A stretch of 64,000 bases of DNA from an uncultured Gammaproteobacteria bacterium (GCA_964503265.1 CAZCYO010000002.1:66604-130603), one strand, 5' to 3'. Counted from the stretch's first letter, positions 24,497-35,175 are shown. The notes: generated by a model not told the origin, from the letters alone. Made by a program: numbers and translations.

Positions 24497-25687
24497 ATGG
24501 ACCAGACTGAGGAATTATTAACACGAGGTGTTGCAAATATTATTCCAAACAAAGAAGAATTGAGGAAAACACTTGAAAGTGGACGAAAACTTAACATTTA
24601 TATTGGAATTGATCCAACTGCGACAAAAATTCACGTCGGCCATGCTGTTCCTCTTCGAAAACTCCAAAAGTTTGCAGATATGGGACACAATGTAACCTTT
24701 TTAATAGGTGACTTCACCTCTCTCATTGGTGATACATCAGATAAAGATACAGAGCGCCCAGTATTAACGACAGAAAAAATAGAAGAGAACTTTCAGACAT
24801 ACAAAAAACAAGCTGAAAAAGTACTCGATTTTTCAAAAGTAAACGTAAGACATAACAGTGAATGGCTTAAAAAGCTTACCTTTGAAGAAATCGTCAAGTT
24901 ATGCCAACACTTCTCAATGAACGACTTTATTAGTCGGGAACTCATTCGTCGTCGACTTGATGCTGGAACGAAAGTGGCATTACACGAAGTACTTTACCCA
25001 GTCATGCAAGGATATGATAGTTACTTTATGGATACGGATGTTCAACTTGGAGGAACAGATCAGACGTTTAATATGCAGGCAGGACGTATGCTTCAAAAAG
25101 ATTTACGAGGCAAAGAATCATTTGTTATGTCGAATGTTTTCCTAGAGGGAACAGATGGACGAAAAATGAGTAAATCATGGGGGAATGCGATCTGGCTTGA
25201 TGATTCACCAGTTGATATGTACGCCAAAGTTATGGCAGTTCATGATGATTTCGTGATTAATTATTTTACACTCGCGACAGCACTTCCACTATCTGAAATT
25301 GAAGTCATAAAAAAACAACTTGAAGATGGAGAGCACCCGATGGAAATTAAGAAAAAACTAGCTGAACAAATTGTTACCGAACTTTATTCTAAGGAAGAAG
25401 CTCAGGAAGCTCGTGAACATTTCAAAAAGACTGTGCAAGAAAAAGAAATTAACTCAGAAACGATCGAAATACTTTCTCTTCAAAGTGATAGTCAGACAAT
25501 AGTTGATTTTTTAGTTGAGAAGAAACTCGTTGAGAGTAAATCTGAGGCTAAAAGACTCATCGAGCAAAAAGCTATTGAAATTGATAACGTCACGATAGAG
25601 TCAAATAAGCTCCTTGCTGAAATTCCAGGGTTTAAACATAATATTCTTCTTAAAGTTGGGAAAAGAACCCTTGTCAGATTACAGTAA
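24497..25687 (+). CDS. tyrS: Tyrosyl-tRNA synthetase
   Basis: GIDPTATKIHVGH (HIGH), GDFTSLIGDTSDKDTER, KMSKS, C-terminal S4 domain. Confidence 0.85.
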   Translation: MDQTEELLTRGVANIIPNKEELRKTLESGRKLNIYIGIDPTATKIHVGHAVPLRKLQKFADMGHNVTFLIGDFTSLIGDTSDKDTERPVLTTEKIEENFQTYKKQAEKVLDFSKVNVRHNSEWLKKLTFEEIVKLCQHFSMNDFISRELIRRRLDAGTKVALHEVLYPVMQGYDSYFMDTDVQLGGTDQTFNMQAGRMLQKDLRGKESFVMSNVFLEGTDGRKMSKSWGNAIWLDDSPVDMYAKVMAVHDDFVINYFTLATALPLSEIEVIKKQLEDGEHPMEIKKKLAEQIVTELYSKEEAQEAREHFKKTVQEKEINSETIEILSLQSDSQTIVDFLVEKKLVESKSEAKRLIEQKAIEIDNVTIESNKLLAEIPGFKHNILLKVGKRTLVRLQ

Positions 25688-25817
25688 TACGCTACAATAA
25701 CAGTATGGAATTCATTCGAAAACACGAAAAATTCTTTAGAATCATAATGGCAATCTCTATTGCTGCGCTTATTCTTTCATCATTCTTGCCATTTCTTCCC
25801 TACCTTTCACAGTAACT

Positions 25818-27899
25818 ATGACACTTGATACTCCTGTTGAGAAATTGCCACGCGCTGGCAAAGCTTACGCCGAAAAATTAGAAAAACTAAATATTTTTAC
25901 GTTTGGTGATTTGCTTTTACATATTCCCTCACGCTATGAAAACTATTCCATTATTTCACCCATTGATAACCTTCAAGAAGGAGAAACAGTGACAGTCATC
26001 GGAACTATTACAGAACTGAAGAATACGCATATATCAAAATTTAAAACTATTCAACGAGGAGTTATAACAGATGAGACAGGTTCTATGAATATTAGTTGGT
26101 TCAATCAGCCATTTCTCACGAAAAATATTCAAGTAGGAGACAATGTGGCAGTTGCAGGAAGAGTAGAGATATTTGCACATAAACTTTCAATGCAGTCACC
26201 AGACTACGAAAAAGTAGTTGAAGGCCAGGAACTCATCCATACAGGAAGGCTTGTTCCTGTTTATCCAGAAACCAGAGGTGTAACATCCAAATGGATTCGT
26301 AAGCAAATCCACACACTTCTTACAGTAAACGGTGACATCATAGAGGAGTTTATGCCAGAAGATATAAAGAAGAAATATGATCTTATTGATTTACTAGATG
26401 CGTATAAGAAAATTCATTTTCCAAAAGACTTTGAAGAAGTATCTGTTGCCCGAAAAAGGCTTGCGTTTGATGAACTACTAACATTACAGCTAAAAAGTAT
26501 GCATAAACGTGAAGAATGGAAAGCATTATCGCTACGAAAACCCTTTGAGGTAACCAAATATGAAAATAAGGTTATAACGCTTAAAGAAAAACTGCCATTT
26601 ACTCTAACAGATGCACAAGAATCAGCTGTAAAAGATATTTTTCACGATATGGCTTCTACAACTCCCATGAATAGATTACTCCAAGGAGATGTGGGAAGTG
26701 GAAAAACGATTGTAGCATGCATTTCAATGTATCTATCCTATCTTAATGGTTACCAAAGTGTCCTCATGGCGCCGACAGAAATCTTAGCCCAGCAGCATTA
26801 TGCATCGATTTCAAAACTTTTGACGCCACTTGGAGTAACTGTTGGACTTGCCACTGGGAGTAATAAACTTAAAGCAAAGAGCATAGAGCAAAGTGAAGAA
26901 AAAATTAATAAATCTTTTGCCCTTAGCTCAACGCCGCATGCTGAAGATATCCTTATTGGCACTCATGCAGTGTTATCAGAAAAAATTACGTTTACGAACT
27001 TAGGACTCGTCGTTATCGATGAGCAGCAACGGTTTGGTGTTGAGCAGCGAGGATTAATACGCCAAAAAGGAGAAAACCCACATCTTCTCACTATGACAGC
27101 GACACCTATCCCGCGAACTGTTGCACTAACTCTTTATGGAAATTTAGATCTTTCATTTTTAAATGAACTTCCAAAAGGAAGAAAAATTATTAAAACATGG
27201 CTCGTTCCGCCAACGAAAAGAGATAGCGCGTATGCATGGATACAAAAAGAAATAGAAGTAAATGATTCCCAGGCATTTATTATTTGTCCCTTAATTGATG
27301 AGTCAGAAAATATGACGACTGTCAAAGCTGCAAATAAAGAACACGAATATTTACAGAAAGAAGTATTTACCGAGTTTAATCTCGGACTTCTTCATGGAAG
27401 AGTAAAGGCAAAAGAAAAAGATGCTATCTTGCAAGATTTTCGAGATAAAAAATATGACATCCTCGTTGCTACACCAGTAGTTGAAGTTGGGATAGATATC
27501 CCAAACGCCACAATTATCATGATTGAAGCATCAGAACGATTTGGGTTATCACAACTTCATCAACTACGAGGACGAGTTGGCAGGGGAGACAAACAATCAT
27601 ATTGTCTTCTTTTTACTGAAGCGACAAACGACGTAACTCTCACGAGACTTAAAGCAATGGAACGAATTCATATTGGTGGAGAGCTTGCTGAGCTAGATTT
27701 AAAACTTCGTGGGGCAGGGGATATGTATGGAACAACACAACATGGAAGAACATTTCTTCGAATTGCGTCGTTTTCAGATAGTAAATTAATTGCAGATGTC
27801 CAGATTGCTGCAAAAGAACTATTTGCAAAACGTGAAGTTCTTTCATTCGTTAAAGATAAAATTGCGACAGTCACATCGAGACTCGTTACTCCTGATTAA
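25818..27899 (+). CDS. recG: ATP-dependent DNA helicase RecG
   Basis: N-terminal wedge/OB domain, GDVGSGKT Walker A, DEQQRFGVEQR DEAH box, C-terminal helicase domain. Confidence 0.85.
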   Translation: MTLDTPVEKLPRAGKAYAEKLEKLNIFTFGDLLLHIPSRYENYSIISPIDNLQEGETVTVIGTITELKNTHISKFKTIQRGVITDETGSMNISWFNQPFLTKNIQVGDNVAVAGRVEIFAHKLSMQSPDYEKVVEGQELIHTGRLVPVYPETRGVTSKWIRKQIHTLLTVNGDIIEEFMPEDIKKKYDLIDLLDAYKKIHFPKDFEEVSVARKRLAFDELLTLQLKSMHKREEWKALSLRKPFEVTKYENKVITLKEKLPFTLTDAQESAVKDIFHDMASTTPMNRLLQGDVGSGKTIVACISMYLSYLNGYQSVLMAPTEILAQQHYASISKLLTPLGVTVGLATGSNKLKAKSIEQSEEKINKSFALSSTPHAEDILIGTHAVLSEKITFTNLGLVVIDEQQRFGVEQRGLIRQKGENPHLLTMTATPIPRTVALTLYGNLDLSFLNELPKGRKIIKTWLVPPTKRDSAYAWIQKEIEVNDSQAFIICPLIDESENMTTVKAANKEHEYLQKEVFTEFNLGLLHGRVKAKEKDAILQDFRDKKYDILVATPVVEVGIDIPNATIIMIEASERFGLSQLHQLRGRVGRGDKQSYCLLFTEATNDVTLTRLKAMERIHIGGELAELDLKLRGAGDMYGTTQHGRTFLRIASFSDSKLIADVQIAAKELFAKREVLSFVKDKIATVTSRLVTPD

Positions 27900-27985
27900 T
27901 TCTTCTTGCAAATCTCTTACCACGTATTTGTCTATTTCTCATGAACTGCATGTATTGTAGATGTGAGAAGAAAGGAGGGAAATAT

Positions 27986-28135
27986 ATGGCTAATAAAAAC
28001 GCAGCAGCTAACTTAACCAGAGAAGCAAGAAGTAAAGGAGGCAGTATGAGCAGTGGAAATTTTAAATATGATCGTAAAAGAGCAAGTATTGCTGGGCAAA
28101 AAGGTGGGAAAAGTGTTCATAAAAGATCAGCTTAA
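27986..28135 (+). CDS. KGG-repeat stress-protein-like small basic protein
   Basis: SKGG...GQKGGKS repeats; perfect RBS AGGAGG 8 nt upstream; track ORF start 27941 lacks RBS. Confidence 0.45.
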   Translation: MANKNAAANLTREARSKGGSMSSGNFKYDRKRASIAGQKGGKSVHKRSA

Positions 28136-28179
28136 TTCATCAATACTCATATATTTAAATTAGGTATCATGACAGATAT

Positions 28180-28665
28180 CTAATTTAGTTTTGAAACTGA
28201 TGTGCCTGAAGTAATAATATAATTGAATAATTCAATGCTTTTGATTACTGCAGATGACATACGCTCTTTATCTTGAATCCCAGCATCAATAGTAATGTGA
28301 AATGTTCCAAACGGGTCATCAACCCAATTCCATGATGTTAGTCCGTTATATTCAGAATCAATTCCTTCAACTGATTTCTCTAGACAGAGATACTCAAGAA
28401 GAATGTGTTCAAATAAATGTCCAATTTCTGTTTTTTTTGCTTCTTTATGAAATGGCAAAGAGAATTCATTAAAACAAACAGAGAGTAGTACACCTGGTAA
28501 CATTTTTTTTAAAATTTTCACTGTTTGGGGGAAATATGTTGTATTAACCTGGGAAATTGATAACGACATAATAATTTTAGTTTCATGATCAAAATGATCA
28601 AGAAATAAGTTACAGTAGTTAGCTGAAATCGTTTGTGAGTAATGGGCTTCACGAGAAGTATTCAT
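28180..28665 (-). CDS. Hypothetical protein
   Basis: 161 aa, no recognisable motif. Confidence 0.4.
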   Translation of the reverse strand: MNTSREAHYSQTISANYCNLFLDHFDHETKIIMSLSISQVNTTYFPQTVKILKKMLPGVLLSVCFNEFSLPFHKEAKKTEIGHLFEHILLEYLCLEKSVEGIDSEYNGLTSWNWVDDPFGTFHITIDAGIQDKERMSSAVIKSIELFNYIITSGTSVSKLN

Positions 28666-28803
28666 AAGCGAGCTCTTACATATTCCTTACAAATAGCGTA
28701 TCGTACCTTCCTTTGTTCGTCAAGCTGAACGATACACTGTTCACTTATTGCAAGAAAACGATAAATACAGTAAAATAAGAGATACCTAAAAGAAAGGAAA
28801 TAT

Positions 28804-28944
28804 ATGCCACACGAACCAAAGAAAAGACATTCTCGAGCACGACAGGGAAAAAGACGAGCAAGTATCTCACTTACAGTCACTAATCTTTCTCATCGTTTAG
28901 CTAAGTATCTTACTATTGAAAAAGATGCTGCTATTAAAAAATAA
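28804..28944 (+). CDS. Small basic protein, ribosomal protein bL32-like (no zinc ribbon)
   Basis: MPHEPKKRHSRARQGKRRASISLTV parallels L32 N-terminal signature P-x-R-R-T-S-K-x-x-K-R-K-R-R-T-H-x-x-L-S-V; RBS AAAGGAAAT; not in ORF track (<60 aa). Confidence 0.35.
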   Translation: MPHEPKKRHSRARQGKRRASISLTVTNLSHRLAKYLTIEKDAAIKK

Positions 28945-28958
28945 TACATCCGTAACGC

Positions 28959-29318
28959 ATGAAAACTTCTGAAGATCCACGACACAAGAGGCGACAAGAG
29001 ACTGTTCAGGAGTTATTCAAAATTCAGTTTCATAATCAACATGTTTCTTCTCGTGCCCAGGAAGTTGTGGATAACTTCGAAACCATAAATAGTATTATTC
29101 AAAAAGCTGCTCCAGAGTTCACCATTGATAAGATTCATAAAGTCGATCTCGCAATATTACAATTAGCGATTTTTGAACTAGTGATTGAAAAAAAAGAACC
29201 ACCACACGTTATTATCGATGAAGCGATTGAACTTGCTAAAGAATTTGCTGGAGAAAATAGCCCAGCATTTGTAAATGGTGCACTAGGTAACGTAATAAAT
29301 AATGAAAAATCTTCCTAA
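28959..29318 (+). CDS. nusB: Transcription antitermination factor NusB
   Basis: DLAILQLAIFELV...IIDEAIELAKEF...FVNGALGNV. Confidence 0.8.
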   Translation: MKTSEDPRHKRRQETVQELFKIQFHNQHVSSRAQEVVDNFETINSIIQKAAPEFTIDKIHKVDLAILQLAIFELVIEKKEPPHVIIDEAIELAKEFAGENSPAFVNGALGNVINNEKSS

Positions 29319-29967
29319 TTTCGTCAACAAACAATTACTTGAACAAGCTTTTGTCCATAGATCGTATCTCAACGAGACACGAGATCATATGGAATCAAAC
29401 GAACGTCTTGAATTTTTAGGTGATAGTATCCTCTCGTATATTATTTCAAACCACTTATATCGCACGTATCCAGAATTTAATGAAGGTATTTTAACTAATT
29501 TACGATCACTCGTTGTTAACACCAAAAGTCTCGCTGAAGCAGCACGTTCTTTGGAATTTGGTAGTTTATTAAAGCTTTCCCATGGAGAAGAAGAATCAAA
29601 AGGCCGAGAAAATGAATCATTACTCGCAAATTCTTTTGAAGCCTTCCTCGGCGCACTTTTTATCGATCAAGGTATCGAACCTGTTGCATTGTTTCTTGAA
29701 GAAGTATTATTCCCTAAAATTGATATGCATGTCCAGACAAAAACGTTTAAAGATCCTAAAAGTTTACTCCAGGAATATGTCCAGTCTAAAAAGCAACCAT
29801 CTCCACTCTATAAAGTAATTGGAGAGGATGGTCCACCACATGCAAAACATTTCACCATAGGAGTTTTTGTCCAAGATAAGCTGCTTGGTGAGGGAGAAGG
29901 AAAATCAAAACAAGAAGGTGAAGAGAATGCAGCAAAGCAGGCGCTTGAGAAGCTGCGCAATTTTTGA
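29302..29967 (+). CDS. rnc: Ribonuclease III
   Basis: ERLEFLGDSIL catalytic signature plus C-terminal dsRBD. Confidence 0.9.
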   Translation: MKNLPNFVNKQLLEQAFVHRSYLNETRDHMESNERLEFLGDSILSYIISNHLYRTYPEFNEGILTNLRSLVVNTKSLAEAARSLEFGSLLKLSHGEEESKGRENESLLANSFEAFLGALFIDQGIEPVALFLEEVLFPKIDMHVQTKTFKDPKSLLQEYVQSKKQPSPLYKVIGEDGPPHAKHFTIGVFVQDKLLGEGEGKSKQEGEENAAKQALEKLRNF

Positions 29968-30048
29968 TACAATACACACACGAGCGTATAGAAAAAAGCG
30001 TATAGCGTATAGTTGCTCTAAAACTATTTGCCATAAGCCACAACCTAT

Positions 30049-30285
30049 ATGCCAATACATATGGCAGTTGTAATTAGATTAACTAAAACAGGCAAACGTG
30101 GAGAACGAAAGTTCCGTATCGTTGTTAAAGAAAAAAGAAGTCGTCGTGATGGCGGCTATATTGAGGAACTTGGTTGGATCGAAAAAGGTCCTACAGGGAA
30201 AAAACAAGTCAATATGGATAGATATGCTTATTGGACATCACAAGGTGCACAGCCAAGTCCAACAGTTCAGGAAATTGTTAAATAA
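30049..30285 (+). CDS. rpsP: 30S ribosomal protein S16 (start probably ATG 30061)
   Basis: MAVVIRLTKTGKRGERKFRIVV. Confidence 0.85.
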   Translation: MPIHMAVVIRLTKTGKRGERKFRIVVKEKRSRRDGGYIEELGWIEKGPTGKKQVNMDRYAYWTSQGAQPSPTVQEIVK

Positions 30286-30521
30286 TGAAAGATACGCTTA
30301 ATTTTATTATCGTAAGTATTGTCGATAATCCAGATGCTGTTTCTATCGATGAGTCAGAAACAGATGGATATATTACCTTCACGGTTACTGCTGCTAAAGA
30401 AGATATGGGGAAAATCATAGGAAAAGAAGGAAAAATTATCCGTAGTATTCGAAATATTATGAAAATTAAAGCAATGAAAGAAAATAAAAGAATAAACATT
30501 ACCCTTGCAGAGAATGTCTAA
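30285..30521 (+). CDS. khpA: KH-domain RNA-binding protein (KhpA/YlqC-like)
   Basis: GKIIGKEGKIIRSIR KH motif; rpsP-adjacent synteny. Confidence 0.7.
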   Translation: MKDTLNFIIVSIVDNPDAVSIDESETDGYITFTVTAAKEDMGKIIGKEGKIIRSIRNIMKIKAMKENKRINITLAENV

Positions 30522-30665
30522 GCAGATTTCTTCTTCGTACTTCAACAATCCAACACATATCAGTTATCTAATTTACAAGTTAAAATTTTTAACCAAATCC
30601 TAATGTTTTAACCATTTAATTTTAAAAATTGATTGTAAATTAAAAATTTCAAATTAAAAATTATA

Positions 30666-31373
30666 ATGAAAATAACCATTCTCACTCTTTTTCCAGAAAT
30701 GTTTCGCGGTCCATTTGATGAATCAATCATTAAACATGCACAAACCAAAGGTCTTGTTGAAATACAATTAGTTAATATCCGAGATTTTGGGATAGGAACC
30801 CATAAAACAGTCGATGATACTCCGTACGGTGGGGGAATAGGCATGGTAATGAGAGTTGATGTGATCCATAGCGCAATTAAACAGATTCGCGATAAGAACT
30901 ATACAAAAGATGAAGAAAAAGTATATTTACTTAGTGCAGGTGGCAAAATATTTAATCAGGAGACAGCAGTCTTTTTATCAAATCTTAAACATCTTATTCT
31001 TATTTGTGGTCATTATGAAGGAATAGATGGACGGATTGAAGCATTCATTGATGGAGAGCTTTCAATTGGAGACTATGTACTGACCGGAGGAGAGATTCCA
31101 GCAATGGTTATCACCGATAGTGTTACTCGGCTGATTAGCGGTGTACTAAAAGATGATGCTACAAAACTGGAATCATTTTCAACAAATACTGATTCTAACA
31201 AAAAAAGAGTGGAACATAGGCATTTCACACGACCTCAAAGCTATGAAGATCATATTGTCCCTGAAGTACTATTATCAGGCAATCACAAAGAAATTGAAAA
31301 TTGGAGACAAAAAGATTCACTCGAGAAAACAAAACAAAATCGCCCAGATCTTCTTACCGATTTCCAGGAATAG
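30666..31373 (+). CDS. trmD: tRNA (guanine37-N1)-methyltransferase
   Basis: MKITILTLFPEMF... SPOUT fold signature. Confidence 0.9.
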   Translation: MKITILTLFPEMFRGPFDESIIKHAQTKGLVEIQLVNIRDFGIGTHKTVDDTPYGGGIGMVMRVDVIHSAIKQIRDKNYTKDEEKVYLLSAGGKIFNQETAVFLSNLKHLILICGHYEGIDGRIEAFIDGELSIGDYVLTGGEIPAMVITDSVTRLISGVLKDDATKLESFSTNTDSNKKRVEHRHFTRPQSYEDHIVPEVLLSGNHKEIENWRQKDSLEKTKQNRPDLLTDFQE

Positions 31374-32058
31374 TTGGAATTACAGGTATATTTGATACAT
31401 TATCCGAGTTGACTTCCCACCCAGATAAAATTGCATAAATATCATTAAATTTTCCAGATATTTTCTGAATTGGGTCCGCATCATTCACTTTAAAAACCGG
31501 CAACGTTTTATAATAAATATTCAGTGTTAACTCGGCATTCTGTCCATTTAATTCAATGTTAGCAATATCAACCAATGGCAGACGTGATTGCAGATTAGCA
31601 ATAAATTTTCGCTGAAGAGTTGGAACGCCCTTCGCACTAACGGTCAACTTTAACGATGATAAGTTAGATTTTGCTCCTTTTGGCGATAACTCTCCAATGG
31701 TGAGTGAAAAATCATCAAGTTCTACTGATGCATTTAGTGCTGAAGAAGAAATAATCGTCAATAATCCTTGGACATCTTTTTCAAGAGGAAGTGCACGAAC
31801 AAATAACGTACGTTTTTGGGCTAAATCTTGCTCCTCAAGGGAATTAATATATGCTATATTTGCATCAATTACATCAATTTTTTTCCTGGTCGCTATAACT
31901 TCATTATTAATTGAAAACCAATTATACATTTGTGGTAGCACTACTTTTAGTAATAACAATCCCGCAATAAGTAGCAATACGAAAAATATACTAAGAGAGA
32001 AGTATGTTGAGTCTTTATATTTATAGTAATAGAGCATTAAATGCCTTCGCGAATACAT
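31354..32058 (-). CDS. pilO: Type IV pilus assembly protein PilO-like
   Basis: Single N-terminal TM, coiled coil, position after pilM/pilN. Confidence 0.5.
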   Translation of the reverse strand: MYSRRHLMLYYYKYKDSTYFSLSIFFVLLLIAGLLLLKVVLPQMYNWFSINNEVIATRKKIDVIDANIAYINSLEEQDLAQKRTLFVRALPLEKDVQGLLTIISSSALNASVELDDFSLTIGELSPKGAKSNLSSLKLTVSAKGVPTLQRKFIANLQSRLPLVDIANIELNGQNAELTLNIYYKTLPVFKVNDADPIQKISGKFNDIYAILSGWEVNSDNVSNIPVIPTIPGNR

Positions 32059-32060
32059 AA

Positions 32061-32624
32061 TTACAGTGTAAAAACGATATGAACCTGTGCTTTGTTACTA
32101 TTTGGAGTTATAGAAAAAGCTGACTGTGTAATTGTAGAAAAAAGTTTTTTATCAGTATTCTCTTTTACAAGAGCATCAACATATGTTTGCAAACTAAGAA
32201 GTGATGTACTTGAAGCATCAAGAAGTATATCTGTATCAATTGATTTTAACGCATCAACAGTGACACCAGATGGTACATTGTCTAAAATTCCCCCTACAAT
32301 TGCATCATAATTAACTCTCTTATCCAATACTTCAGACACTCCTTTCATTCGGTCGTTAAGAATATATAAATCTGTAATTTTTCCATACAGAGAACGTAGA
32401 GCAAGTCGTTTTGCATTTTCTTCTCTTCTAAGAGAGGGAAGTGGGGAAACTAATACTAAAAAGAAAAATGTGACTGAAAGAAATGCAACCAGAAAAAGCA
32501 AAAATACAGCGATAGTACGCAAAATATCAACTTTATTTGCAAGTGAATTAAGTGGTGATTTAGTTTTGGAGTGAAGTAAGTTAATATCATTTTTCATACT
32601 CTTTAAGTGCAAGTCCAATCGCAA
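32061..32624 (-). CDS. pilN: Type IV pilus assembly protein PilN-like
   Basis: N-terminal TM anchor, follows pilM with overlap. Confidence 0.5.
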   Translation of the reverse strand: MRLDLHLKSMKNDINLLHSKTKSPLNSLANKVDILRTIAVFLLFLVAFLSVTFFFLVLVSPLPSLRREENAKRLALRSLYGKITDLYILNDRMKGVSEVLDKRVNYDAIVGGILDNVPSGVTVDALKSIDTDILLDASSTSLLSLQTYVDALVKENTDKKLFSTITQSAFSITPNSNKAQVHIVFTL

Positions 32625-33624
32625 TGGTATATTCCGAAACTGTATCTACAATTTCTTGGGGTACATTTTGAATGTTTAATGTCTGCCATGGATTTACAAT
32701 CGATGTTTCAAGGCCAGCATTCTTCACAAAGAATTTTTCAATTCCAGGCAATCGTGCAGTTCCTCCTGAAAGGAGAATCTGAGTAATTGGAGAGTCATTT
32801 TTATATTTTTCGGTATAAAAAGACACTGCTTTTTTAACTTCAGTCACAACAGCCATAAGAATGGGGCTAATTGCGTGATTAATTTTAGTTCCTACACTAT
32901 CTTCATTGATACCATATATTTTTTTATATTCTTCAGCCTGTTCAATACTGAAACCGAAATCGGTAGAAATAGCACGATTAATAGCGACTCCTCCAAGAGG
33001 AACAGTATAGGTAAAAATAATATTTCCACCTCTAATAATTGCAATTGATGTGCTCATCGCTCCGAGGTGGATAATACATGATGTAGGAAATGCATCTTGC
33101 GTAACAATTGATCGAATAACTGAAAGAATCTCTGTTTCAAGTGATGCAATAGTAAGACCAGCAAGCCCTAAAATGTTTTGATATTTCTTAATCAGAAGCG
33201 TTGGTGCACCGACCAATAAGACTTGCATACGGGGTTCTGCTTGCGTTTTATCATCTCGAGATAACACCTGGTGATCAATTGTAAGCGTATTTAATGGAGC
33301 AGGAATATATTGTTCTGCTTCCCAATAAATAGCACTTGATAACTCACGATCAGAAAGTAACGGCATTTCTATAACTTTCATATACACTTGATTCTCGGCT
33401 AAGGCAATATTGACTGAACGAGTAGCTACCTTCGAATCAATAACCAGTTGATGAATTGCATCTGCCATGTCTTCTTGATCAAAAGGGGAGTCAGAAATAA
33501 TTCCTTTTTCAGGTGTAACCCCAGTTGCAGCCATCTCAAAGGAAAGTACCTCCTTATCACGACTTAAGGAAACTGCCTTCATTGTGGTTGTACCAATATC
33601 TAATCCAAATGTATTACTTTTCAT
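32587..33624 (-). CDS. pilM: Type IV pilus assembly ATPase-fold protein PilM
   Basis: Actin/FtsA-like fold motifs FGLDIGTTTMKAV. Confidence 0.75.
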   Translation of the reverse strand: MKSNTFGLDIGTTTMKAVSLSRDKEVLSFEMAATGVTPEKGIISDSPFDQEDMADAIHQLVIDSKVATRSVNIALAENQVYMKVIEMPLLSDRELSSAIYWEAEQYIPAPLNTLTIDHQVLSRDDKTQAEPRMQVLLVGAPTLLIKKYQNILGLAGLTIASLETEILSVIRSIVTQDAFPTSCIIHLGAMSTSIAIIRGGNIIFTYTVPLGGVAINRAISTDFGFSIEQAEEYKKIYGINEDSVGTKINHAISPILMAVVTEVKKAVSFYTEKYKNDSPITQILLSGGTARLPGIEKFFVKNAGLETSIVNPWQTLNIQNVPQEIVDTVSEYTIAIGLALKEYEK

Positions 33625-33627
33625 AAT

Positions 33628-34476
33628 TTATTGTGGCCAAAATAACATGTGCGGGAAAACTTCTGATGGAAGTTTAGAATACCCTTTAAAGGTCACTATT
33701 TTGCGTGTAGCATCTCCTGATGAACCAACTGACTCTATGATAGTTCCTTGTGCTGGAAGAGCGACACTTCCTTCAACACCAATTTTCGTATCTGCGTAGA
33801 GTGGAATTATCCGAAGGAGCAGGCCATTCGTGATACCTGAAATGGTTGATTTGAATCGGAATGTACCCCATCCAGAAGGAGTAGTTACGACACCATCAAA
33901 TTTATTCGATGCAGCTCTGGAAGGACTACCACTCGTACATGGATCAAAGAGATAATGATGACTCGAAGGAGCAGTATCAGTTCCTGTTATTGTAACTACT
34001 TCAAGTGCAGCCATTGTGTTATTTGCAAGAGTTGATGAACAGGTATCTGATGCACTGCCCCAATAAACAGACAGATTACCATTCCATGAAGACGAATAAT
34101 TTGGTGTCCCATCTGCATTGTGAGGAACAAACCAAACATCAACTCCATCATCACGGCTCACAATCGAACCATTATTGACCAATAGTTGATTTCCAGAGAG
34201 TTGTGCAACAGTCAACGTTTTTATTTGTGCTTTACTATCTAATTGAATTGGAGATGCAATTGTTCCACTATTTGAACTATTCAATGCCCGCTCTATACCA
34301 GCTTCAGCAGCAGAAAAAGCACGTTGAGAATCTTGTTCTTCACTTGAAGTTCGTAGATTTGTGATACTCCGGGTTGCCACGGATAGACCAATTGTCATAG
34401 AGATAACGAGAACAATAACCACAAGCAACAGTGCTTGTCCTTGTTGAGCGAAAAACAATACGTTTTTTTGGTTCAT
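33628..34476 (-). CDS. PilX-like minor pilin/pilus-associated protein
   Basis: PilX_N-like QGQALLLVVIVLVISMTIGLSVA; start trimmed to MNQKN. Confidence 0.45.
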   Translation of the reverse strand: MNQKNVLFFAQQGQALLLVVIVLVISMTIGLSVATRSITNLRTSSEEQDSQRAFSAAEAGIERALNSSNSGTIASPIQLDSKAQIKTLTVAQLSGNQLLVNNGSIVSRDDGVDVWFVPHNADGTPNYSSSWNGNLSVYWGSASDTCSSTLANNTMAALEVVTITGTDTAPSSHHYLFDPCTSGSPSRAASNKFDGVVTTPSGWGTFRFKSTISGITNGLLLRIIPLYADTKIGVEGSVALPAQGTIIESVGSSGDATRKIVTFKGYSKLPSEVFPHMLFWPQ

Positions 34477-34542
34477 AAACAAAATCCCTAAAAAAGGGGC
34501 TCTATTTAGAGTACATTGCAAGCATTAGTACTGTCAATCATA

Positions 34543-35175
34543 CTACTCTGACACTGGATTCCTAAATGTAACCGCTGTCTGAAAAGGAATAGTCGTGTTC
34601 TTCTCTGTAATACCAGGTATCCCTACTTCTGAAAGTGTGAGATTTATGAGAATTGTCGGAGAATCACCTTTATTTGCTTGTGAACAACTAAACGAACATG
34701 CATCTACTCGTTTAACAATATTTGTATCTAGAAGCGACGCACTATTCGATGCAATATTTCCATTATCACCAGTCGTACACTGAAAAACAGTGGGCTGCCC
34801 ATCAAACGACTGTATTTTAAGATAGGGATATGCAGTATCTTTAACTGGCGCGACATCACATGCTGGAGAATATGTGACACCATCTGCACTAACTCCTTCA
34901 AAGACAACCGCATATCGAATCATTTTTGTCATCTGACTTAATGCATAGTTACCGTTTTCACGAAGTGATGCAATTGAATTTGATTTATTAACTACACGAA
35001 GAGAGGTAAAAAATATAGCTGCAGCAATAGATCCAATAACAATAAAAACGATAATAACTGCTAGTATTTCAACAATTGTAAAACCCTGCTGACAAGCCGC
35101 GAGCTTTACGTGCAAAGCTCTAAAAGACGCCCTCTTTTTGTGATTTATTTTTTGTGATTTATTATTTTTTCTCAT
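34543..35175 (-). CDS. Type IV prepilin-like protein (minor pilin)
   Basis: Class III signal QQG|FTIVEILAVIIV. Confidence 0.6.
   Translation of the reverse strand: MRKNNKSQKINHKKRASFRALHVKLAACQQGFTIVEILAVIIVFIVIGSIAAAIFFTSLRVVNKSNSIASLRENGNYALSQMTKMIRYAVVFEGVSADGVTYSPACDVAPVKDTAYPYLKIQSFDGQPTVFQCTTGDNGNIASNSASLLDTNIVKRVDACSFSCSQANKGDSPTILINLTLSEVGIPGITEKNTTIPFQTAVTFRNPVSE

Noticed and set aside
30600-30665. TATAAT overlapping the trmD ATG as its promoter
   Set aside because: The -10 hexamer overlaps the start codon itself (ATAATG), so it cannot drive this start. The AT-rich upstream region has several equally weak candidates, and none is called.
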